The notes beneath the pieces are model-generated. The model saw only the letters and a list, made by a program, of their open reading frames with translations, ran no database searches and was not told the DNA's origin. A stretch of DNA of 64,000 nucleotides from Macrostomum lignano (Eukaryota). This document shows, in pieces, positions 23,401 to 34,832 of the stretch (within the stretch, counting starts at the first letter, position 1; each line of letters begins with the position of its first letter). Where the stretch lies: the NCBI GenBank assembly GCA_002269645.1, contig NIVC01000084.1, forward strand, positions 930,001 through 994,000, given 5' to 3'. A program made the translations under genes and the position numbers.

Positions 23401-23465
23401 ATATTATTTCCCAGACTAGGGAGCAGTTTCTCGCGGCGTTTAAAGCTTTTAAGGCGCGACAGTGA
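17434..23465 (+). CDS. CCDC13: Coiled-coil domain-containing protein 13; exons 17434-18135, 18537-18947, 19992-20384, 21537-21733, 23072-23465 (~698 aa)
   Basis: All introns are GT-AG with consistent phases (0,0,0,2). Family motifs [27 protein letters not shown]...W.GRQQQ.L.LQ and [20 protein letters not shown] are recognisable from animal CCDC13. Confidence 0.88.
18165..18465. repeat. Degenerate C-rich minisatellite in CCDC13 intron 1
   Basis: Repeated TTCCCAAATCCCCCAT(G)A-like units. Confidence 0.75.
18958..19900. repeat. Minisatellite, 32-bp unit, CCDC13 intron 2
   Basis: GGATCATGACGGATTAGTGATGGGATGATTTG, period 32 (18961, 18993...). Confidence 0.95.
20490..21475. repeat. Minisatellite, 23-bp unit, CCDC13 intron 3
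   Basis: GAATCGCCCCTAATCCACCTTAA and variants, period 23 (21005, 21028...). Confidence 0.95.
21734..23050. repeat. Minisatellite, 24-bp unit with 14-bp variant, CCDC13 intron 4
   Basis: GAGATTAGACAGTGAGCACAGGCT repeated from the first intron base to ~20 nt before the acceptor. Confidence 0.97.
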
Positions 23466-23514
23466 CGTTCGTTGTTTGATAGAGAGTTCCTGTCCACTTG
23501 GCATCGGAATTTCG

Positions 23515-23890
23515 CTGGCTGGGCCAGCCTCCCAGATCCTCAGATGCTGGGCCACCAGCCTCCCAGATCCTCAGTTACTGGGCCAGCCTCCCAGATCCTC
23601 AGTTGCTGGGCCACCAGCCTCCCAGATAATCAGTTGCTGGGCCAGCCTCCCAGATCCTCAAATGCTGGGCCACCAGCCTCCCAGATCCTCAGATGCTGGG
23701 CCACCAGCCTCCCAGATCCTCAGTTACTGGGCCAGTTTCCCAGATCCTCAGTTGCTGTGCCAGCCTCCCAGAGTGTCAGTTGCTGGGCCAGCCTCCCAGA
23801 TCCTCAGTTGCTGTGCCAGCCTCCCAGAGTGTCAGTTGCTGGGCCAGCCTCCAAGATCCTCAGTTGCTGGGCCAGCCTCCCAGATCCTCA
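23515..23890. repeat. Minisatellite, 28/31-bp unit, in the CCDC13 3' UTR region
   Basis: GCTGGGCC(ACC)AGCCTCCCAGATCCTCAGTT, starting ~50 nt after the TGA. Confidence 0.9.
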
Positions 23891-24599
23891 ATATCAATTT
23901 TGCCTAGTCTCATATATATTCTTCCCTAACCATGGATTTTGGCTGGTGGACAATGGTATACCTGTAATCAGCATCCTTGCAGACCGCATTCACAAGTTCC
24001 TTTTTACAGTTAAAAATTTCTAGGTGTTAAGTAGGTCACCGATAAGCAAATAAAAGGACTATTTAATTATTTTTGTAATTTTTTTTATGAAAAAATAATT
24101 AAATTAATCTCAGCTGACTACCGTGAGTAGATCGTTGTCAGTTTTTATTGGCATGTATAAATTAAACTTTGGCCTTAATCTGTTTTCAGGATTTTTAGAT
24201 TAATGGATTTCCGTCCCTTATTCCTTTTTTAATGCTATTTTATTTCTGCTCAAGAAAATCTTATAAAAATAAACATTTTAAATGCAAATTTCACTCCGTC
24301 CTTACAATAAAGTCTTAACGTGCTTGCTTGTTTCAAATCTGTGATGTTGAAATATTATTTTGATTTTTTCTAATATCTGTTTTGTAGTTATTAATAATTT
24401 AAAGACTTTACCGCTACTACTGAGATTAAAGTAATATTTAAGTAACGTGTTTTTTGGTCTGAAAAATTATTGCGATAATTTTTCTTCAAATATACGTTAG
24501 CAATATGTTGTGCACACGACTGTACAATATTTATCAAAACTATGTCTTTTTGTTACATTATTTCACTCATTTATGTCAGATGTTATGATAGAAATAATA

Positions 24600-26165
24600 G
24601 TCACTATTATCGATTGATATTGTCAGTAATATTATCGATTTATATTATCAGTACTATTATCGATTTATAACACTACTATTATCGATTTATTAATACTATT
24701 ATCGATCTATATTATCAGTACTATTATCGATTTATATCAATACTATTATCGATTTATATCAATACTATTATCGATTTATATCAATACTATTATCGATTTA
24801 TATTAATACTATTATCGATCTATATTATCAGTACTATTATCGATTTATATCAATACTATTATCGATTTATATCAATACTATTATCGATTTATATCAATAC
24901 TATTATCGATTTATATTATCAGTACTATTATCGATCTATATTATCAGTACTATTATCGATCTATATTATCAGTACTATTATCGATTTATATCAATACTAT
25001 TATCGATTTATATCAATACTATTATCGATTTATATTATCAATACTATTATCGATTTATATCAATACTATTATCGATTTATATTATCAGTACTATTATCGA
25101 TTTATATCAATACTATTATCGATTTATATCAATACTATTATCGATTTATATTATCAATACTATTATCGATTTATATCAATACTATTATCGATTTATATTA
25201 TCAGTACTATTATCGATCTATATTATCAGTACTATTATCGATCTATATTATCAGTACTATTATCGATTTATATTATCAATACTATTATCGATTTATATTA
25301 TCAATACTATTATCGATTTATATCAATACTATTATCGATTTATATTATCAATACTATTATCGATTTATTAATACTATTATCGATCTATATTATCAGTACT
25401 ATTATCGATTTATATCAATACTATTATCGATTTATATCAATACTATTATCGATTTATATCAATACTATTATCGATTTATATTAATACTATTATCGATCTA
25501 TATTATCAGTACTATTATCGATTTATATCAATACTATTATCGATTTATATCAATACTATTATCGATTTATATCAATACTATTATCGATTTATATTATCAG
25601 TACTATTATCGATCTATATTATCAGTACTATTATCGATCTATATTATCAGTACTATTATCGATTTATATCAATACTATTATCGATTTATATCAATACTAT
25701 TATCGATTTATATTATCAGTATTATTATCGATTTATATCAATACTATTATCGATTTATATCAATACTATTATCGATTTATATTATCAATACTATTATCGA
25801 TTTATATCAATACTATTATCGATTTATATTATCAGTACTATTATCGATTTATATCAATACTATTATCGATTTATATCAATACTATTATCGATTTATATTA
25901 TCAATACTATTATCGATTTATATCAATACTATTATCGATTTATATTATCAGTACTATTATCGATTTATATCAATACTATTATCGATTTATATTATCAATA
26001 CTATTATCGATTTATATTATCAATACTATTATCGATTTATATTATCAATACTATTATCGATTTATATCAATACTATTATCGATTTATATTATCAATACTA
26101 TTATCGATTTATATCAATTCTATTTTCGATTTATATTATCAATACTATTTTCGATTTATTAATAC
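24600..26165. repeat. AT-rich minisatellite, 22/25-bp units, each with ATCGAT
   Basis: TACTATTATCGATTTATATCAA and TACTATTATCGATTTATATTATCAG alternate for ~1.55 kb. Confidence 0.97.
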
Positions 26166-26282
26166 TTTTATCATTTGTGGCCACCAATTTTTTTCCTATA
26201 GATTTTTTTACAGTTTCAGCCTTTTCTCGTTGATTTATATAAACAAAAAACTAACAGAATTAATTCCACCTCAAATTAATGC

Positions 26283-26780
26283 ATGGCAGTCACTTTGCAC
26301 ACAGATCTGGGCGACATAAAGCTCGAATTAGAATGCGAGCTGTGTCCGAAAACTTGCGAAAATTTTCTAGCACTTTGCGCCACAGACTACTATAATGGCT
26401 GCGTGTTTCATAGGAACATTCGCGGTTTCATTGTGCAAACTGGCGATCCCAGCAACACTGGCAAAGGCGGCTCCAGCATCTGGGGCGAGAAGTTTAAAGA
26501 CGAATTTCACGAGAGTCTGCGTCACAGCCAGAGAGGCACAGTGTCCATGGCTAACAATGGACCCGATATGAATGGTAGCCAGTTTTTTATTGCCTACGCT
26601 AAACAGACTATGCTGGATAATAAGTACACTGTGTTCGGCAAAGTTATCGATGGTCTGAGTGTACTTGACAGGCTGGAGGCGCTACCAGTGGATGATAAAA
26701 CTTATCGACCGGTCAAGGATGTCAAGATTAACTATGTTACTGTTCACGCAAACCCTATCGCAGAGAATGCTGCGGATTAA
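26283..26780 (+). CDS. PPIL3: Peptidyl-prolyl cis-trans isomerase-like 3 (cyclophilin), intronless, 165 aa
   Basis: M.VTLHTD.GDIK, PKTCENFLALCA, FHRNI.GF.VQTGDP, SMANNGP..NGSQFFI, KYTVFGKVIDG and HANP are characteristic of PPIL3. Confidence 0.95.
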   Translation: MAVTLHTDLGDIKLELECELCPKTCENFLALCATDYYNGCVFHRNIRGFIVQTGDPSNTGKGGSSIWGEKFKDEFHESLRHSQRGTVSMANNGPDMNGSQFFIAYAKQTMLDNKYTVFGKVIDGLSVLDRLEALPVDDKTYRPVKDVKINYVTVHANPIAENAAD

Positions 26781-26891
26781 GGTTGCCTAATAACTGTTAT
26801 TCAAATTTCTATGTATGTGGCATTTATTATTGTGTAATTATTAATATTCGATTCCGTTTAATGCAACTGTACTGGACTGGACTGCATAAAA

Positions 26892-26897
26892 AATAAA
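26892..26897 (+). terminator. Putative polyadenylation signal of PPIL3
   Basis: AATAAA ~110 nt after the stop, followed by a T-rich tract. Confidence 0.55.
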
Positions 26898-26964
26898 TTG
26901 AGTTACAACCTTTTTTTTTATTTGAAAACTATAGAAATCAGTATAAGCAATGTCTGGCCGAAGA

Positions 26965-28045
26965 AACGCTCGTAATTAGCAACATTATCTGTCCCCAGCA
27001 ACGCTCATAATCAGCTACATTATCTGTCCCCAGCAACGCTCATAATCAGCTATATTATCTGCCCCTAGCAACGCGCATAATCAGCTACATTATCTGTCCC
27101 TAGCAACGCGCATAATCAGCTACATTATCTGCCCCTAGCAACGCGCATAATCAGCTACATTATCTGCCCTCAGCAACGCTCATAATCAGCTACATTATCT
27201 GCCCCTAGCAACGCACATAATCAGCTATATTATCTGCCCCTAGCAACGCGCATAATCAGCTACATTATCTGTCCCTAGCAACGCACATAATCAGCTATAT
27301 TATCTGCCCCTAGCAACGCGCATAATCAGCTACATTATCTGCTCCTAGCAACGCTCATAATCAGCTACATTATCTGTCCCTAGCAGCGCGCATATTAAGC
27401 TACATTGTCTGTCCCTAGCAACGCTCATAATCAGCTACATTATCTTTCCCTAGCAACGCTCATAACTAGCTACATTTTCTTCCCTTAGCAACGATCAGAA
27501 CTAGATGCCCTTAGCAACGCTCAGAACTAGATGCCCTTATCAACGCTCAGAACTAGATGCCCTTAGCAACGCTCAGAACTAGATGCCCTTATCAACGCTC
27601 AGAACTAGATGCCCTTAGCAACGCTCAGAACTAGATGCCCTTAGCAACGCTCATAATCAGCTACATCATCTGTCCCTAGCAACGCTCATAATCAGCTACA
27701 TCATCTGTCCCTAGCAACGCGCATAATCAGCTACATTATCTGGCCCTAGTATAATCATATGCTATCATATTCATATGCATATCACTATCATATGCATAAT
27801 CATATGCATAATCATGAGCAACGCTTATAATCAGCTACAATCTCTGTCCCTAGCAACGCTCAGAACTAGATGCCCTTAGCAACGCTCATAATCAGCTACA
27901 TCATCTGTCCCTAGCAGCGCATAATCAGCTACATTATCTGGCCCTAGCAACGCTCATAATCAGCTACATTATATGGCCCTAGGAACGCTCATAATCAGCT
28001 ATATTAACTGTCCCTAGCAACGCTCATAATCAGCTACATTATTTT
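26965..28045. repeat. Minisatellite, 35-bp unit with an embedded 26-bp variant block
   Basis: AGCAACGCTCATAATCAGCTACATTATCTGTCCCT (period 35). The block TTAGCAACGCTCAGAACTAGATGCCC (period 26) lies at ~27490-27650. Confidence 0.95.
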
Positions 28046-28146
28046 CCCTTAGCAACGCCAGGCATTTTCAGCATGTCTAAAACTGTTTAAAAGTGCACAG
28101 ACTCATCATTACTCGCCCTTTTGAAAAGATATTTGCTGTCAACTTC

Positions 28147-31100
28147 ATGCTCAACAGCCCAGTCATCCGCACCTCGAAGCCGTCGGGCGTTGGCGTTTGC
28201 GGGGTTGAATCCTCCGCCGACACCACCGCCGCCGCCACCGCCGCCACCTCCACAGCGGTCAATGTTGAAACTGTTGGCCCAATCGAACGGTTAACAGCAG
28301 CAGACTCTTCGACAATAACGTCGGATTCTGCAACGGCAACAACAACAGCAGCAGCAACATCAGCAATTCCACAGATGCCAGTCCAGACCGTCATGCTTCG
28401 TCCATCATTTTCACGTAATTCGGCTTATTACTATTCGGCCGCCCAGAGGCTCAACACGACGGCCTGTTCGCCGCCTAGCAAACGGCTAAAAGAAACTATA
28501 TCGTTCGACTCGATATTGCCTGACCGATCCAATTCCAATAGTATCGATAATCTGTCTGTCCCGTTGAGTCATACAATGATTGGCAAGTCTAAATTTCGCG
28601 CCTTAACCAGAATTGGACTGCTTCGGCTAAGCTTGGATTGCGTTGAGTTTCCCTTTGATAATAGTAGCGATGGCCATAATGGCAGTAGCGACAGCGTTCA
28701 CCGAGAGGCATCTTTAGCCTACATTCGAATACCTCACAAGATTGTCACTGTGACGTATTTTGCTACTAAACCGTTGGCTTTTATTGGCTACAGGCCAACT
28801 GACAAGGCGGAGTGCGCCAGAATCTGCCAGCAGGCCGGCTTGCCAGAGGATTATCTGTGCTGCGCTACTACCGGAGCCAGGCGCTGGGTTATTGGATTAG
28901 TGGCTGAGGATAAATCTGACGCAGGTGCGCTGCTGATTGGGCTGTTGTCCCATGTTTTTATTTTGGGGACATTTTTCCCGATTCGGTCAGATAGGATTGC
29001 ATGTGGTGGCAAAATTGGAGAAACGCGTGGGAAAAAAGAAGCTGGGGAAGTCGAGGCGTTGGGAATGGGGAAATCGAAGGAATGGGGAACTCGAGGGGAT
29101 GGGGAATCGAGGGATGGAGATGGAAAAATCGAGAGGATGGGGATAGGGAAATCAAAAGAAGGGGATGGGGATGGAGAAATCAAAAAGATGGGAATGGGGA
29201 AATCAAGAGGATGGGGATGGGGAAATCAAGAGGATGGGGATGGGGAAATCAAGAGGATGGGGATGGGAAATCGAGGGGATGGGGAACTCGAGGGGATGGG
29301 GATGGGAAATCAGGAAGAATAAGAGGGAGAAATCAAGAGGATGGGGAAATCGAGGGGATGGGGAAATCAAAAATAAGGGGATGGGGAAATCAAAAGAAGG
29401 GGAAGGGGAAATCAAGAGGATGGGGAAATCGAAGGGATGGGGATGGGGAAATCAAAAAGATGGGGATGGGGAAATCAAGAGGATGGAGATGGGGAAATCG
29501 AGAGATTGGGGATGGGTAATCAAGAGGATGGGGATGGGCAATCAAGAGGATGGGGGTGGGGAACCGTGACTCAGCGCCATCAGTCGGTAACACAAACCTG
29601 TCTTTCATTGCTTCCAGACCCACTGGTGTCGAACATTCAGCAGTTGATACACTGGTACGAGCGTGCCGGATCCCAGCTGTGCGTTCGAATAATGAAGCTT
29701 AACGATGTCTCAGGCCGGTCTGTACTGCACGACTGCGATCCGCAATTACTTCTCGCCATGACACCATCGCCAACAACAACAGCAGCAGAACTAACAACAA
29801 CAACAACAACAACAACAGCAGCTACAGCTATAACAAGTCCTGCAGAAAAAGCAGAAGACACAGCGAAAACAGCAATTAGTTCAGAAGCAACAACATTGGG
29901 AACTACCGACTCGTCCGCTGTTATTGTAGTATCAGAAGCTTCTAATGCTGTGATACCTGTATCGAGTGTTGCTTCTTCTGCTGCTGCTACGCCCACTTTA
30001 AGACTTCACCCGCCGTCTCTGCAGCAGCAACAGCAACAACAACAGGCTCGGCGCATTGTGTTCATCAGAACCCAAGCATCGCCATCTTTAAGCCAGCCAA
30101 CTCAGCCGGCGCAAGCCCAATTATCGTTATCGTCTGTGCAGACTGTGCGCATAATTATCTCACCTTCGGCGGCGGCAACATCAAAGGCAATTACTTTGCC
30201 GACACTTGTGCCGCAGCCGCCGCCTCCACCTCCTCCGCCACTAATTGAGAAGTTCACCTATCGACCTGGCGGCTCTAACGGCATCACCATCACAGACACC
30301 GATCTGGCCTGTTTAAGATCGGGCAATTATCTTAACGACGTTATAATTGACTTCTATTTAAAGTACATCTTGCACGAACTTTTAACGCCGGAGCAGAGGG
30401 CGCGGACTCATCTGTTTAATTCGTTCTTCTACAAACGATTGGCCCATTGCGCCGGAATTGAAGCGGCTGAGGCGGCTGCAGCGGCTGTTGCTGTCGACGC
30501 GTCAATCGCTGCTGAACGTCGCCACGCGTCCGTAGCTAAATGGACTCGAAAAGTGGACCTGTTCTCTAAAGACTTCATCATCATACCAATCAATGAGAAC
30601 TATCATTGGTTCCTTGTTGTCATCTGTTTTCCAATGCTGGCTGGCTGCGTTGACTATAACGACATGCTCAATGCTGAACGGGCCGCCCAGACAGAAGCGA
30701 CGACGGGACCAAATGGAACGACCGCCGAATCAACGGCGCCTTCGAATTCCAGTCAAGATCAAGCACCGCAGCCGCTACCTGCTGGAGCTGTTCGATCCGA
30801 TGACGGCACCCTGCAATTGCCGTGCGTGCTGGTTTTCGACAGCCTGTCTGGGACGGCGCACCGCGGGCCTAACGTGAAAATTATCAGAGAGTGAGTGACG
30901 TTAGTTCATATAGGTCCAGGGTTCGATTCTGTAGTTGGGACCCCCATTAAATGAAGCATCATTGACTACTTGATAGGTTGATAGCTTTGTCTGGCCAAAG
31001 AACAAACAAAACTTTGCGCGTATCTTGCGCGCTTGTGTCGTACGATGCGCGCCCTTTTCATATGATGCGCGCATTATTTTATACGGTGCGCGCATTATTT

Positions 31101-31664
31101 TATACGGTGCGCGTATTATTTTATACGATGCGCGCATTATTTTATACGGTGCGCGCATTATTTTATACGGTGCGCGCATTATTTTATACGATGCGCGCAT
31201 TATTTTATACGGTGCGCGCTTTATTTCATACAGTAATGCGCCTATGCCACGCGCGCTTATTAAACTCTTCTCTCCCCTCCAGGTATCTGCAAGTGGAGTG
31301 GGACATCAAGAAGCGCGCAGGTCTCGGCCCCAAACGATTCGACAAAGGCACCATGCGCGGCTTCAGTCCGCACGTGCCTCAGCAGCCCAACTTTGTAGAC
31401 TGCGGTCCGTACGTGTTGCACTACGCCGAAATGTTCTACAAGCGACCGATTCCGGAATTCACTAAGGCCTACTTTCAGGAGCATATGCGGAATTGGTTTA
31501 ATAACGCCGAGATTCAGAATAAACGCGCTGAGATGCAGCAGCTAATAGTGCAACTGTACCGGAAGCTGGGACCGGATAAGCCGCACTGCGGCGGCGATGA
31601 CGACCCAATTGAAGAATCGGAAGTGGTGACCGCCGCCTGTCAGACTGAGTCCTGTCGGTCCTAG
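28147..31664 (+). CDS. SENP6/SENP7-like SUMO-specific cysteine protease (Ulp2 type, peptidase C48); exons 28147-28924, 29618-30890, 31283-31664 (~810 aa). The start codon is uncertain.
   Basis: DL.CL.SG.YLNDVIIDFYLKY, H.FNSFFYKRL, V.KWTRKVD.F.KDFIIIPINE..HWFL.VICFP, LVFDSL and PQQ.N..DCG show the His/Asp/Cys triad and oxyanion Gln intact. Junctions G|GTGCGC...CCAG (phase 1) and GA|GTGAGT...CCAG (phase 2) join the three ORF frames and restore IREYLQVEW. Confidence 0.9.
29040..29560. repeat. G-rich degenerate minisatellite in SENP intron 1
   Basis: GGGGATGGGGAAATCAAGAGGAT-type units. Confidence 0.88.
31040..31240. repeat. Minisatellite, 21-bp unit, SENP intron 2
   Basis: GCGCGCATTATTTTATACGGT, ~8 copies. 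Confidence 0.92.
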
Positions 31665-33159
31665 CCTGTCTGAGATCCGCTGATTTTGTATAATATTTTT
31701 TCTGTGTTCTCTCCCTCCCCCCTCTCTCCCTCTCCACCTCTTCCTTTCTACCCAGCTTCCCAATTACATTCTCCTTCATCCTGTCCCCCAGCGAGGCAGT
31801 GTTAAAATGCTCTAGAATTTAATCTGTACTAAAGTATATGCAGGATTCAACACAGTCAGCCCCTTAAAAGAGACTTTTCAATGAAACAATAAATTAGGCC
31901 TCATTAGAAGTTTGCACAGCTCTGTAATTGCGGAATTTTTACTAATTTACTAATTAGTTTAATATGTGAGAACTTATTTTAGTATATTTTCCTTATTTGT
32001 GTACAATTCCGTATAAATTTAACTGCTTGTCTGTACAGGATTTGGCCAACATTATAACATTTATTTCACAGTAAATTTGTGTGTCTCTTTCTTTCTTATT
32101 TGTTTAGCAATTGAATTTCTTTAATGATGCGATTGGTTCAGTAACATTTTTTAATTGTATATTTAGTAATAATTACTATTACGCTCATAATATAAAGGTA
32201 TATAAAATAGATAAAATATATAATATAATTGCGCTGACACTGAATCTGTGCTCTACTTTTTCTGACTGTCCGATTCGTGGTGTCATGTTATGTTGAAAAC
32301 AACAATAATAATGCTTAATTGGCCCTCTGTGGATTGTTTTGCGTCTGGGAAATTCAAGCAAAAGGAAGGCTGTGCCTGTGTGCACCATGGCACGCACTTT
32401 AATTGACATTTCTACACAACAGGCCATTCCGCCGACTCCCCTGAGCACGCAGTCATACGCACAGGCACACACTCACACAGGAGTGTACAGCGGCCCTAAC
32501 TTTATTTATCGTTAGGCATGTACACTTCACTGCGCCTTTGGGGTTGGTCCTCAAGCTGGGCGTAAATTGCACGAGCAGAGCCAAGCCGAGATTCCAATTT
32601 AGCCCCTAAATTAATGCGACTGCACTTGGAATGCTGATATTCACTCGGCAAGTTGTCTATGGCAAATGCTTCAATTCCCTGGTAGTTTTTCTTTGATAAA
32701 GGCAAGCAGAATCTGTACGAAACCCATTACGAGAACATGGCTGAATCTTTGCATAAGATAACTAGAAAATTGACGTCGCTTTCGCTTAGACTACTTTTAG
32801 TAGAAAACTTGTACATGTAGAAATTGCTTATTATAGATAAATGATAATCCTTAAAGGCAAGCAGTTAAAGTCATGCAGCGGTGCTTATCTTCCCGTGTTT
32901 GTATATAATGTATTTGCTGGCTTAAAGTATTAGTATAGTAAGTAGTAAGATAAAATTTCAATTTTAACACGTGCACTGAAACCTAAAGACTAAATCCTTA
33001 TCAACGATCAGGAAGTGAGGATGAGAATGATAAGTAAATGCTAACTAGGATTTTGGTACTATATAATCCTGGCTTTAAAACTGAAGATATTTCTCTAGGT
33101 CTGTCTCCATACGCAAATCTTTCTACTATAAGTACTATCACGCAGCTTTAGTTTATTGT

Positions 33160-34832
33160 TTATTTCTGTTTCCTGGTTGACTTTCTTTGCGATGCTGACG
33201 AGAATAGTTCAGCAGCGAGCATTAGTTTGGTGTTGGGACATTGGCTATTGGCTGAGGATGCGGTCACGTGACCAGTCGTCTTGTTCGTTGCGTGTGTCGT
33301 AGATTCAGTAACTCCTGTTTCATTGGCTAATTTTTTTATTGATCGCTTGGAATCAGAGCGTCTCGGTTGATTGTAGAATCCAATTGGAGCATAGAGATTT
33401 GCTGGGCATTTGCCTGCAGATGGAAGATATGTCAACGCAACGATTGAGGATGTAGGCTAGCGATGTCTTTGAGACGTAGAACAGGAGGTCTACAGTGTAT
33501 GCTATAGATCATGTCATCAGAGATGCTATAGATTATGTCATCAGAGATACTATAGATTATGTCATCAGAGATGCTATAGATCATGTCATCAGAGATGCTA
33601 TAGATCATGTCATCAGAGATGCTATAGATCATGTCATCAGAGATGCTATAGATCATGTCATCAGAGATGCTATAGATCATGTCATCAGAGATGCTATAGA
33701 TCATGTCATCAGAGATGCTATAGATCATGTCATCAGAGATGCTATAGATCATGTCATCAGAGATGCTATAGATCATGTCATCAGAGATGCTATAGATCAT
33801 GTCATCAGAGATGCTATAGATCATGTCATCAGAGATGCTATAGATCATGTCATCAGAGATGCTATAGATCATGTCATCAGAGATGCTATAGATCATGTCA
33901 TCAGAGATGCTATAGATCATGTCATCAGAGATGCTATAGATCATGTCATCAGAGATGCTATAGATCATGTCATCAGAGATGCTATAGATCATGTCATCAG
34001 AGATGCTATAGATCATGTCATCAGAGATGCTATAGATCATGTCATCAGAGATGCTATAGATCATGTCATCAGAGATGCTATAGATCATGTCATCAGAGAT
34101 GCTATAGATCATGTCATCAGACATGCTATAGATCATGTCATCAGACATGCTATAGATCATGTCATCAGAGATGCTATAGATCATGTCATCAGAGATGCTA
34201 TGGATCATGTCATCAGAGATGCTATAGATCATGTCATCAGAGATGCTATAGATCATGTCATCAGAGATGCTATAGATCATGTCATCAGAGATGCTATAGA
34301 TCATGTCATCAGAGATGCTATAGATCATGTCATCAGAGATGCTAAAGATCATGTCATCAGAGATGCTAAGGATCATGTCAGATATCATATCGTGACCTCA
34401 TATCGTAGACCTCATAGACCTCATATTATAGATGCCTAAACTTCGGAAAGTAAGTAAGCCACGATGAACTCCTATCTCACCATTCGAATCTGATTGCACT
34501 GCAGCAGTTTTTTGTTTAGGCGTCGAGTCTCCTACACTTCGAGGCACATGCAGTGCACTAGCGTTCGTTGATGAATGATTGCTGGCAACTAAAACAAAAA
34601 GTTACAGTCGTGCAGTTTATCCAGTTGTAATAACATCAGGATATGAGAATTGCAGTTCAAAAATTAACAGAAACCTACCATCATAAGAAGCGAAGCCCTC
34701 CGGCATTGTCCAAGTGTGCTGAACCAATTTAGCAAAATTGTACGTACAGAAGGAGCCAGCAGAGACGTTGATTGCTGCTGCCAGGCAGCACAGAAGCAGA
34801 AGCGGCGTTGAATTTTGTAATAGACCAGTCAT
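33160..34832 (-). CDS. Orphan secreted protein (~171 aa); exons 34832-34679, 34588-34481, 33413-33160
   Basis: Signal-peptide-like start MTGLLQNSTPLLLLCCLAAAINVSA. Donors G|GTAGGT and G|GTGAGA and acceptors TTTTTGTTTTAG and CTTCCATCTGCAG are all phase 1 and give one open frame. No family recognised. Confidence 0.6.
33498..34390. repeat. Highly homogeneous minisatellite, 24-bp unit, ~37 copies (intron 2 of the orphan gene)
   Basis: ATGCTATAGATCATGTCATCAGAG repeated. Confidence 0.97.

Noticed and set aside
28925-29617. G/E/M/K-rich ORF extensions of the SENP gene (to 29322; 29001..29569 etc.)
   Set aside because: They lie within a GT-AG intron filled by a G-rich minisatellite. Splicing restores the conserved frame.
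32502-32720. Minus-strand ORF/exon candidate downstream of the orphan gene
   Set aside because: An acceptor-like TTTCGTACAG is present, but no compatible upstream donor or recognisable product was found.
33432-34439. 314-318-aa repeat proteins on both strands
   Set aside because: Translations of the 24-bp array.
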